Assembly: GCA_951406725.2 (NCBI GenBank)
Contig: OX597815.1
Span: forward strand, 65,162,001 to 65,226,000
Reading direction: 5' to 3'
From: Octopus vulgaris
Taxonomy: Eukaryota
DNA length: 64,000 bases
The notes beneath the pieces were generated by a model. That model ran no database searches. It was not told the DNA's origin and worked only from the letters and a program-made list of their open reading frames with translations. A program made the translations under genes and the position numbers. Shown piece after piece: positions 53,133 through 64,000 of this stretch (position 1 is the first letter of the stretch; each line of letters opens with the position of its first letter).

Positions 53133-53307
53133 CAAGCCGGAGTTCTCCGAAGTTACCACATCCGATTTTTTTGCCCACTCTAAAGTTGGGCCCTACCATC
53201 AAAACACTGGAATTACTTTGACTTGATGGTCTCATTCGAACCCCTGACTTGGCCCCTCGCCTGCTCTGATCCTCCCCTGGTCCATGTTGTTTTGGCAGGT
53301 TACTCAT
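53133..53307 (-). CDS. CSNK1G: Casein kinase I gamma (gilgamesh-like), first coding exon
   Basis: Translation MSNLPKQHG...[27 protein letters not shown] matches the CK1-gamma N-terminal kinase lobe (Gly-rich loop GCGNFG). It ends at a canonical phase-1 donor G|GTAAGT (GT at 53132-53131). A weaker in-frame upstream ATG lies at 53367. Confidence 0.93.
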
Positions 53308-53779
53308 AATGACAATATGAAAGACAAGACACTTAAGAAAAATTTCGTATGACAGCCATTCACGCATACAGACAGTGGTGTCTAACTTGTTTAATAAAGC
53401 GAATTCCGCCAGTGCTTGTCAAAACATTAGCCCTTGGGTCCGTATACAGACAAATTTGTTGATCCAAAATGAAGTAAATACATCCATTTGGGCTAGTGTA
53501 AGTCTAGGGAATTCACCATGGTTAACAGATCGAAATATCCTCTAATTTTTGCACTTAACTCTCCCTACGTGAGAGATTCTCTTGTTCTCTAGTCTTGGAG
53601 GGAACTATGTTTGAAGACTAATACTGTCAAACAAATATTAATCCGCGCACCTTCAATCACACCCACACATTTCAATATTTCAAATATTCTTGCTGCGAAT
53701 TCTTTGAAAGTTGCTTTAAAACTCTTGATAAGTCTGAAATAAAGTTAAATCAGTAATGCAGATGGAAGTTTCGAAGAAA

Positions 53780-53875
53780 TTTTCTTCAGGAGAGGCGTAG
53801 AGATATAACCGGAAATGAGTGCAGCGGATCCGCCATATTGTGCCGGGAGTCGGGACTGACATAATTGTTTGTCGA
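53780..53875 (-). promoter_or_regulatory. Likely core promoter/TSS region of CK1-gamma
   Basis: CpG-enriched patch in otherwise CpG-poor DNA. ETS-type ACCGGAAAT at 53808-53816. YY1-type CAATATGGCGG on the minus strand at 53840-53830. About 530 bp upstream of the ATG. Confidence 0.6.
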
Positions 53876-54322
53876 TTATTGCATATATAATAAAGATATG
53901 CAGAAATATTAAATAAGCATAGCGAACAATTTTATTTTTTTATTTAAATAATTTCCTGTAAATAATATTTTGATTTTATTCCATTCAAAATAAACATCTT
54001 TTCCCCCCTTCAATTGCTTCCGCATGTGCCGGTAATCGGCCTTGATTTTGCTTCCTTTTTGTGCTTTTTTTTTGGCTTTAGTGTTTGTTATTGCCAACGC
54101 CAGACATTTTTTGTACGAATGGACAGAATTGTAATAATTATTACTTGTCCATTACCGGCCCTTGATGTTATTCTCATTTCACTTCCTCTAAATTCATCGA
54201 ATAGCGTATATATGCTATAATATATATTAATACTAATAAAGTTGTATAATGTATAGCTTATGTATACTGTATATATGTATAATTTATAAATAATATATAT
54301 GCATATATAATATATATATACA

Positions 54323-54505
54323 TATTCTTTTACTTGTTTCAGTCATTTGACTGCGGCCATGCTGGAGCACTGCCTTTAGTCGAACGAATCGACCCCAAGA
54401 GTTATTCTTTGTAAACCTAGTACTTATTCTATCGGCCTATTTTGCCGAACCGCCACGTTACGGGTATGTAAACACACCGACATTGGTTGTTAAGTGATGG
54501 GGTAT
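54323..54505 (+). mobile_element. Short interspersed repeat of unclear class
   Basis: ttttacttgtttcagtcatttgactgcggccatgctggagcactgcctttagtcga... Embedded in (TA)n. An antisense fragment of the same sequence lies at about 10375-10415. Confidence 0.6.
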
Positions 54506-55376
54506 GGGGAACAAATATATACACACATACATATACGTAATATATATATATATATATACACGGCAGGCTTCTTTAAGTTTCTGTCTACCAAATCCATTCA
54601 AGGCTTTGGTCAGCCCGAGGCTATAGTAGAAGACACTTGCCTAAGATGTCATGCAGTGGAGCTGAACCCAGAACCATGTGGCTGGGAAGCAAGCTTCTTA
54701 CCACACAGCCACTCATATATATATATATTATTTATCTGTTTACATGCATGCACACGCGGGTGTATCCACACTCAGATATAAGAGAAGTACTCAACTCTTG
54801 ATACCTATAGAAAGTATTCAATACCTATAGAAGAGTTGTTAATAGCAGTTTCAAATTTAGGGTCAAAGCCAACAATTTTGGAGGGAGGGGTTTATTTTTA
54901 TCTGACCCTGAGTGATGAAAGACAAAGTTTATCCCAGCAAAATTTTAACTCAGAGCTGGAAGAAATACTGTAATACTCTAATAATTCTGCCAATCCAATA
55001 TTCAAAAGTGGAATTATTCACTGCTGGTACTCTGTGTTACAGTGTATCAAATATCAACAATTCTCTTTTGAAAGTACAGTTAGGGAGGTGATCCCGATCC
55101 TCTAGCATCCACTTTTCCATGCTTGCATGGGTTAGACAGAATTTGCTGAGGCAGATTTTATATGGTTGGATGCCCTTGTCACCAATTCTCACTTGTTTCC
55201 AAGTAAGGTAATATTTCCCCACTAGACATGCTTTTAACAGAAGGCTGGTAATGAACAACCTCGCTCAAGACAGGGATACACACAAGTACACGCACACACA
55301 TACATATATGCCATAGTATAAGCTACCCAAGACACCATTCAGTAGGGCTGAACCTGAAACTGCATGGGTGGGAAGT

Positions 55377-55436
55377 TCTTAATCACATAGCCACACATAT
55401 ATACCATCTTAATCACATAGCCACACATATATACCA
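55377..55436. repeat. Perfect 30-bp tandem duplication
   Basis: tcttaatcacatagccacacatatatacca x2. Confidence 0.9.
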
Positions 55437-55439
55437 TCA

Positions 55440-56950
55440 TTATCATCATCATTATCATTCATTGTCTCTGTTTTATCATGCTGGCATGATTGGACAGTTC
55501 ACAGGAACCAACAAGCCAGAGGACTGTTCCCAGCACCAATGTCTACTCCGGTGTAGTTTCTCTAGCTGAATGCCCTTCCTGATGCCAACCATTTTATTGA
55601 GTGTATTGGATTTTTTTGTCACCTCAGCATTAGTAAGGTTACCAAGTACATGCAAGACATGACCTTGCCACACAACTGAGTGGTGGGGGTGTCTTGTCTT
55701 GCATGTGGAAGTACCATAAAGAGGCAGGAACAGGTGTTTTACTAAAGAGGTGACTACATGGCTTCCCCAGCTGGAAAGAGTGTGAGAGATAGTGAGGGCA
55801 TACCCTTAATGTACAAGGTGAGTATAAGAGAAAGGATAGCAATAAAAGAACAGGAAAAGTGGGTAAGTAGATAAGTATGGCAGAGTGTGAAAGGAATGTG
55901 ACAAATGACTAGAGGTTGGGATTGAGGGGGCAGCAAATATCAGTTTGAAGGCATGGGGAGTGAAGGAAATAGGAGTCAGGGAAAAAGAGATAAGGGACAG
56001 TACTAGGGATACAGTGTAAGCAGATAAATTTTCATTTGCAGCACATAAGTGATTAGTACAATAAGAAAATTGATGGAGGAATGGTTGTTAGAAGATGAAC
56101 CATGGGAGAAAGCTTGTCAGGACCTCATTTTTGCTGAGATAGACAAGTCTTCTCAAGTACACCATATCGCCACTCATTTTGGTCATTTGTCATTCCTTGT
56201 ATGAGGTTCAAGATTTTGAAGTTAGTTTTCACTATTTCATCCTATGTTTTCCTAGGTCTTCCTCTACCACAAGTTCTACCCACATTTAGTGATCAGCACT
56301 TCTTAATACAACTATCCTTGTCCAACCACATTACATATCCATACCTGTGCAGTCTTCTCTCTTGCACACTATATCTGATACCTCTTATGCCCATTTTGTA
56401 CTTTGTCATACATGCACATTAATGTTACACATCCATTGAAGCATGCTATCTTTATTTCTTTTTAATCTACTCATCCTCTGCATTTACAGCCTACATTTCA
56501 CTACTATGAAGCATTGCTGTTCATACACCGGTATTGTACAATTTGCTTTTTACTCTAAGAAAGAGGCCTGTTGTTACTAACAAAGATAAAAGCTCTATGA
56601 ACTTTCTCCAACCAGCTCTAGTAACTATACTTCGGCACATCCTCCTCCATGGCTAATTATGTTTTCTACATTACCTAAGTAAAAAAAAGGAAACTATCTA
56701 CTACCTCTAAGGATCCTTCTAGGCAGTTGAGGAAATCTATTTTCTGTTTGTTTTTTGTGTTTATTGTTCCTGCACATCTGCCACAAACAAAGTTTACTTT
56801 CTCTGTAAACCTTCCTGTGATTCCACTGCACCTCTTATGTGTCCATAGTTTGCACAGAATACACTGTAGATTTTCTGCAAATACCTCTTTTATATCTAGA
56901 ACAAGGCCATTTACTTGAAGGGATTAGCAGCCTGTCCTGCTAACTGGAAC
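55440..56950 (-). mobile_element. Degenerate RTE LINE 3' portion
   Basis: Homologous to 22300-23150 (gcacctcttatgtgtccatag, ctctatgaactttctccaacc) with the same purine-rich 3' region as 33650-34450. Confidence 0.75.
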
Positions 56951-58129
56951 ATTAGCATGCATATATGTACATTTATATATCTATCTATATCTATATGGAT
57001 GTAAATCATCATCACCATTCAACATCCATGTTCAATGCTAGGTTCAACAGTTTGACAAAGATCCGAATCAAAGGATTGCATTGTGCTCTAGTATCTGCTT
57101 TGACATGGTTTCTATGGCTGGATGCCCTTCTTAATGCCAACCACATTACAATGTGTACTAAGTGATTTTCTAAGCATCCAGTACACACTGTACTGTATCA
57201 AGGTTATCATGTAGCCCACAAGTCTACAAGCCTGAGGAGGCAGGATACTGCATCCTTATGCTAATGAAGGTTAAGGTGTGATGGAAGAGATTGGAACAGA
57301 GCAGGTTCTTTTAAAGGAGTTACATGGCTACCCACATTTTGGGGAGGGAGAGATTGAATTGGTAATATTTCCCAAGAGGTAGCGAGGTGCAACCTGGACA
57401 CCTCAGATAGAAATAGTAGTAGTGAGTGAGGGCTTGCAAAAGTGTATGGGGGGAAAAGATAGGGAAGTTTGAGAGAGTAAGATGGGTAAGCAGCATCTAT
57501 AAAAATTTGGAAGGGTTTAGGGTGAGGGAGTGCACAAGTAAGGAGGGCTAAAGAAATGCTTGCAGCAGGATAGTAATGAAGATACCATTGACAGGGAGAG
57601 AAGAGAGATACCATGTCTGGGTATGGTGTTATCCAATCATCTCATTCTTGATTCACTAATCCATCTTGTAATTCTTTCCTGTGATATTCATGCTCCACAT
57701 ATATATATATATATATATAAAAGGATGATCTAGGAATTCCATACAATGTACATAGTATGAACTACAAAGACACAAAAGACAAAGTGATGCCTGTATATTC
57801 AACACCTTAGCACAGTCCTACAGAGTGTGCTTCCTTCTCCAGTTTTTTGTTCATTTTATTTTCAACAACCACCATCTTTTTTACACCAGCTGAAAATTAC
57901 AGTTAGAAAATTAAATATAATTTGTGAACAAGAAATATATAGTCTTATGATAATGTGTATCATGAAGTAAATTTGTTATCCAGTAAAATTTCAAATATTT
58001 CACACCAAACCAAGTGACAAGTCATGACACCATAGAAACCTCTAGTTTCTCTATCCCACCGCACCCCTATTCTTTGTCCTTCTCTGTTCAAGGAGTGGTT
58101 TCACCTGCTTTATTTTTGTCTTTAAGTTC

Positions 58130-59932
58130 CTGAGTTCTGGGCAGAAGCTGATCACCTGGAGGCAGCAGCAAGGAACAACAACATCAGCCAGGTATTCAAC
58201 ATGCTCCGCAGAGTTCATGCCAGTCCCCAGTTCAAGACAGCCCAGGTGAAGAATACCAATGGTAACATCATCACCATGGAAACTGCCTGCTTTGAACACT
58301 GGAAGAAGTACTTCAGCCTTCTTCTCCATCACCTACAGGTCCCAATCAACCCCAGCCTAACCATCATTGCAGACACAGTCACAACTGATAACACTTGCAG
58401 ACTCGATCCTGTCACCCTTGACAAAGTCATTGCCACCCTGAAGAAGCTAAACAATTGCAAAGCTCCTGGGATCTGCACTATAATCACGGAGATGTTGAAA
58501 GTTGCCAGAGAAAACGTTATCCAGTGGCTCATCGACCATGCATGGGTGTCAGAGCAACTCCCAAATGACTGGACCCACGGCATCATCCTCCCCTTCTAGA
58601 AATAAAAGAGCAACAAACTTGCCAGAAGCAACTACAGGAACATCAACCTCTGCTCCATCCTAGCAAGCTATTCAACAAGCCAGTTTCATGCTGAATCAAT
58701 CTATTTTCGACCATATTTTGGCTTTTTGTCTCATCATTGAAAGATCCATCTCTACATCTTTATGTAGAGGTGGTTTTATAAAGATCACCACCTCTACATT
58801 GCCTTCATCAACCTCAAGGTGGCTTTCAACATGGCTGACCATGCATCCTTTTGGAAAATTCTCAAGCTCATCAGCGTGCCTCAAAAGATCACTACCCTGT
58901 TTCAAAGGCCCTATGGTAGTGCCATGAGCTGCATGCAGGTCAATGAGAAGGACTCTGACTGGTTCCCCATCAACAGTGGAATTAGTCAGGGCTGCAAAAC
59001 CACCCCTAACCTCTTCAACTGTGTCATCGATTATCTGATGACCAAGGTCTGTGAGTGAGTCTCTGGCATTACCTTCGAGAACTACTACCTTACCGACCTG
59101 GAGTATGCAGATGACACCACCCTCTTCAGCAACTCGATCAACGAGTTTGGGGACACACTGACCATATACAGGGAAGAATCAGCAAAGCTTAGCCTTCAGG
59201 TGAGTTGGGCAAAGACAAAGTTGATGTATGCTGGAGATGACCCAGACCCTCCCCCTCTCCATATTGACCTTAATGTCATGGAGTTTGTCAGCTCCTTCAA
59301 CTACCTGGACTCCACAGTCACCAACAATGGAAACCTAACCCCGGGGATCAACTACAGATATGGTCTGGCTGCCAGGGTCATGTACTTCCTATGGAAGCCC
59401 CTTTGGCATGACTGCTCTATCTTCCAGAAGACAAAAATCCACCTCAGCAATACATTGGCTCTCTCCATTCTTCTCTATGGAGCAGAAATGTGGTCCCACT
59501 TCAAGACCCTAGCAAAGACGATGGATGGCTTCAGCAGCAAAACCCTGAGAACCACTGAGAACATTAGAGGGTTCCATCACATTTCCAACAAAGAACTGCA
59601 TGTGAGCATGTAATCACCCCACAGCCTCCACCCTCATAGCTATCTGTCGCATGCACTGGTATGGACATGCCCTCATTCTACTAGATCATCCTACCAGGGC
59701 TTTACTTTCATACAATGCAGCAGCTGCAGGCTGGGAGAGGCCTCAAGGCAGGCCTCACACCAGAAGGCTGGACATGATTGTTACCTTGGAGGATGTAGAG
59801 GGGCTGGCATTAGACTGCCACCAACAGAAAGCACTGGTGAATCTGGCTGACTCTATGCATGATGATACCTCTGGGACCACTAACCTGGGATGACCCCAGC
59901 CTCATCAAGCAAGAGCAAGAAGTGAAGTGAAG
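58130..59932 (+). mobile_element. RTE-group LINE of a distinct GC-rich lineage, pseudogenised
   Basis: KAPGICTI, LPNDWTHGIILP, AFINLKVAFN, GISQGCKTTPNLFN, LEYADDTTL, ILLYGAEMW, WYGHAL, RPQGRP. Short (CAAG)/(AAGTG) tail. Confidence 0.88.
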
Positions 59933-61320
59933 CATTTTTTAGTTGGATTATATAATTTGCAAAGTTCACAGCAGTGGCTTTGACAAAAGTTATAATGGGA
60001 TCACAAGCAGGCTAACAAAGAAAGTAGGTATCATATGCAACAGAAGTACAAGAGTAGTCAGATGTGTAAGTATACTCACTCAAAGTAGTTGATAAATTTT
60101 GTTACCTAGGTTAATGTTTCTTAAAGAAGGAGGGGGCAGATATACCACCAGATTGAATACAATTATAAATGGTTTTAAACTTTTTAAACTTGTTCAACAT
60201 CAAGATAAACAAAGAAGAATTACATGGAAGCAAAATCGTCTTGACACTTATCATTCAGCTGAAAATATTCAATATTTCAGCTTGAAGAGATTAATGTTTC
60301 ATGCTACATGTGAGTTAATAAAGTTTTTGCTTTTTTGCTGTATAAAATTATTGCCTCATTGTGTCTACCAGTTTGCATTATATGCATTACAGCATCAACT
60401 AGTTGTCAAATCTTTAAAACAGCTGCAAAGATATATTTCCATCCTGCAATATGTATATCTAATATCTCATATAAATGAATTCCTGCAATCTATAATTGTT
60501 TGTCCATATTTTATCCTTTTGTTACTCACTCAAGCTATATATTTCTTAAAGCCAACTTTTGTTCTGTTGGACTACTTTACCCTGATAAGGAAGTTAGAGT
60601 TCAAAAGTTTAACCAATCTGATCACTAATTTGGTTCTTATATAGTCTATGTTTGTACTAACACTTCTCACTCACTGTGTGTGTGTGTGTGTTTGTATGTG
60701 TGTGTGTGTTTGTATGTGTGTGTATATATATATATACATACATACATCACTGGTGATCTAAATGAATACATACGCTGGATTAAGTGCTGTAACAGATTAT
60801 CATGTTTCCAAGGTCGAAACTGAGATGGGAGCCATGGATCCATTTTAGGTTTCTGATTTAGCAGATATATATTTGTGAAAGAGGACAGCAAATGCTGAGA
60901 CATAACATGCATGATTTTATATTATTCTACTAACTTAAGAATAATATATTATGAAATAATGTATATGAAATGCTTGTTATGCCTCAGCGTTTGTTGCCCT
61001 CTTTCACAAATATATATATATAAAAGACAGGTTGGATTTTTTGTAAATTCCTAAATATATCTCCTTCTGTGTGTGTGTATATTGAACTCCTAATACTTTT
61101 CGTTGAATACGTTCTTAAGTACTTTCTTGTAAACTCTTTTTAACGTTGTCTCATTATTATTAAAGAATGTCTATATGTATCTTAATACTTTTGTGACAAC
61201 CAGCACTTAACACAACACAGCTTATACAAAGCTTTACATTTTACTTTTGACAATCTTTTTCTAAAAAAGTGAAACCATTCAAGTGAATAAACATCTTTAC
61301 AATTGCATTTTCAAACCTTC

Positions 61321-61363
<43 letters not shown>

Positions 61364-61364
<1 letters not shown>

Positions 61365-64000
61365 TAGCAGAGATACCCAGCATTGCCCGGTTACATTCAA
61401 TTGAAGAATTAGACTCTTCTGTTATATATACATGGATACACACACACACCTATATATGTATATTAATATAAATACATAAAAGTACATGAAGTTTGTTAAA
61501 AAAAAGGGGATCATGTATATACCTCCTGGCTGTTGAGATTATAACACCTCGTTGTAAACAATGTTCCTTGTTTTTCCTTGTGGAGCATATACAAAAAGGT
61601 TTCTTTTGGTTCCTACTCTTGAGCAGCCAACATACAGTTGCCAATGTGAGAAGCAGGGCTCTTCCAAGAGAAGACCAGCTACAGAGAGGGTTTGACCCTG
61701 AGATTTGTTAATGGACATGGCAAAGCTGACACGAAGGGATAATTGCAGTCTTCTGAATGTATATGGAATTTCTGCTCCTGATGGAGTAAGAGGAAATCTT
61801 GGAATAAAGACGTCATCACCTTTTCCACATCCAGAAAGAATGATCGCCTCGATAATGTGACATCATTTTCTTTATCAGCAGTCGTGTTCCATTGCAAAGT
61901 CTTGGTGGTTCCAGATTGCGGAGTAGCATTACAGGAGTTCCAACTTTAAGTGCTAATATGTGTGGAGGTAGTCCAGGAGGCTCCAGTGAATTGAGAAATT
62001 CAGGAGGATAGTTCACAACTTCATTTATATCTGGAATTGCATCAACAGACTTGTAAGTGTGTATAGTGCCGGGAAGAGAATGCATTAGCTGTTGATTAAT
62101 TTTGTTAACAGCGACGTTTTTTGAGCTATATATTGATCTTTCACACAGCCAATTGTGATTTTGGCAGTTTTGTGTGAAGTTGGGAAAGACTTTGTTTTTG
62201 AGGTCATCTACAGAATTAACAACAGAGGAAAATGACCACATTTCCATTTGTCCTGCAGCATCAAGAGGCATCTTGCCTTCACCAAGTGTCAAAATGTCCT
62301 GTGCAAACTTTGTGGACATTTTGTTGCTGTGTAGCTGAGCTCTCATGTTAGTGGTGAGACTGAGGATTGTAACATGATGCCACAGGGTAGAGGACTTTAG
62401 GCATGCTCTAGTGCCTTTCGGAATGACAGGAAGAGTTTGCCTGAAATCACCTGACAAGAGGAGCGTTACAACTCCCATTGGAGCCTGACAGTCTCGGATG
62501 TCTTTCAGGGCTCTATCTAATGCTTCCAAAGCTCCCTTGTGAGCCATAGTGCACTCATCCCAGACAATTAGATGACACATTTTAAGCACTTGTCTCTGAT
62601 CTGAGCTTTTGTTGATGTTGCATGAAGGCATTTCGGATGCTGCTAAATTGAGAGGGAGTTTAAAAGTTGAGTGTGCTGTCCTGCCACTGGGTAACAAAGT
62701 AGCTGCAATGCCAGAGGAGGCTACAGCTACTGCAATGTCCTGATGCTGCCTAACTTCTGCAAGGAGAAGCTTTGTAATAAATGTTTTTCCTATCCCTCCA
62801 AGAGCATCAAGGAAGAAAATTCGTCCCTTGCATTGGCGTACACTGTTAAGAATAGTTCTGTAGGCCTACAGCTGGTCCAGAAGTAATTTAGGCTCATTTT
62901 CAACAATGTACTTTGAAAGCACTTGAATGTCGTAGGTTGTTTCACGAACGACAGCAGTGGGAAGGCTATTTGACCCTGACCTGAATGCTTGTGGCAGGCC
63001 ATACGTCGACAATTCCTTTTCACCCAGTTTAGCAATTCTGTCTTCAATGTCAATGAGTGTTTTGTTATAGATTTCATTGCTGATACCCTCCATGTCAGGA
63101 TAGAGCAGTTGAGCTTGGTGCTGAAAGTCTTCAGTCAGGTTGTCTCTATATTTGAGCCATAGAGTGGCCGGATCACACAGTTTGCATGCCTGTAGTAATA
63201 CTGCAAATAGTGCCCTGAGACTTTTAGGTGATTGTGATAAAGCAGCCTCTCCTAAAGTTGCATCCCATTGTGCACCACCTTCTAACAGACCTTGTCGATA
63301 GCAGGCTTCTCTGTATGTTGTGCAGACATGTCCATGAACGGTTTTTAGGGCCTGGAAAGACGTTGGCCCTCTGACCTCATGCAGTAGTAGACGAAGGTAG
63401 AAGCACTCTTGTTGAGTAGGATGCACTGTGTATACTCACCCAAGGCAAGTCTGAAACTTAATGCCAGGGTATCCATGAACATTTTGACCTGCTTTCCGTG
63501 GGGCCCATTTTTTTCCATTCCAAGTGTAGTACAATGGAATCTGTGGATACAGCAAGGTTTGAGTGAATGGATCCATTTGACAAAGCTTGAAGAATGCAGT
63601 GAGTGTGCTATCCCTTGGTTCCTCTTCCAACTGAGAAGCATTAGCATCGGTGAAGTACACTCTTTGACCATTTTCCAGGTGCACTGCAAGCTGTTGAATG
63701 GCGGGGTGTCGTTGGTGAATTGGAAAGCCAAAGATGCATCAGAAAGCCTCGTTGCTACTTATGTACCATCCCACCTGATAATGCGTCACCTCATCCTGGC
63801 AGTATTCTTGTTGAAGTCCAAACATTGCAGCGTCAGAACCCTTGTTTACATATTTGCAAACGTACTTGATGGATTTAATGGAGTTGCAAAACTCAACGTT
63901 GATGTGGGCATTGAAAGTCTTCGACAGGAGTGGGCAGTATGGAACAATCCATCTATTATCAATATCATGCTGTCCGATAGTTGCTGTGAAACCTCCGTCT
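61364..64000 (-). mobile_element. Helitron (Rep/PIF1-helicase), pseudogenised, runs off the window end
   Basis: Rep motif INVEFCNSIKSIKYVCKYVNKGSD. Helicase motifs GRTAHSTFKLP, IVWDECTM, LLSGDFRQTLPV, LLRNLEPPRLCNGTR and FAMSINKSQGQTL. Stop at about 61539. 3' hairpin ccgggcaatgctggg plus CTAG at 61367-61364, inserted into (TA)n. Confidence 0.95.

Noticed and set aside
53756-53800. Minus-strand CUGAAGA...GAAAC in the CK1-gamma leader, resembling a hammerhead
   Set aside because: No stem II between the boxes (the core is sequestered in its own hairpin) and no stem I/III partners.
60099-60644. 181-aa ORF
   Set aside because: Non-ATG start, AT-rich codons and no recognisable family.

Overview
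AT-rich, repeat-dense eukaryotic DNA. I recognise the SINE, RTE and microsatellite families as octopus-like (coleoid cephalopod); this is inference. The only host-gene signal is the first coding exon of a casein kinase I gamma gene (CSNK1G/gilgamesh-like) on the minus strand at 53133-53307, with a CpG-enriched promoter carrying ETS and YY1 motifs at about 53.8 kb. I could not find the next exon by eye, so 1-53132 is probably one giant intron. The rest is transposable-element debris: several RTE LINE lineages, an (ATT)n-embedded Tx1 LINE, a Tc1, a mariner, autonomous-type and non-autonomous Helitrons, hAT and piggyBac-like MITEs, and many tRNA-derived SINEs. Most short ORFs in the track are spurious. 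Main findings: (1) three different short elements carry type I hammerhead-ribozyme-like folds (9955-10031; foldback 28875-29218; tRNA-headed foldback 30153-30633), two with the compensatory U3:A8 core, suggesting Penelope-dependent non-autonomous retroelements; (2) a young 500-bp, 99.6%-identical inverted duplication (30634-31133/32079-32578) would form long dsRNA in the pre-mRNA; (3) a PHD-type zinc finger sits inside the RT region of the dominant RTE LINE.
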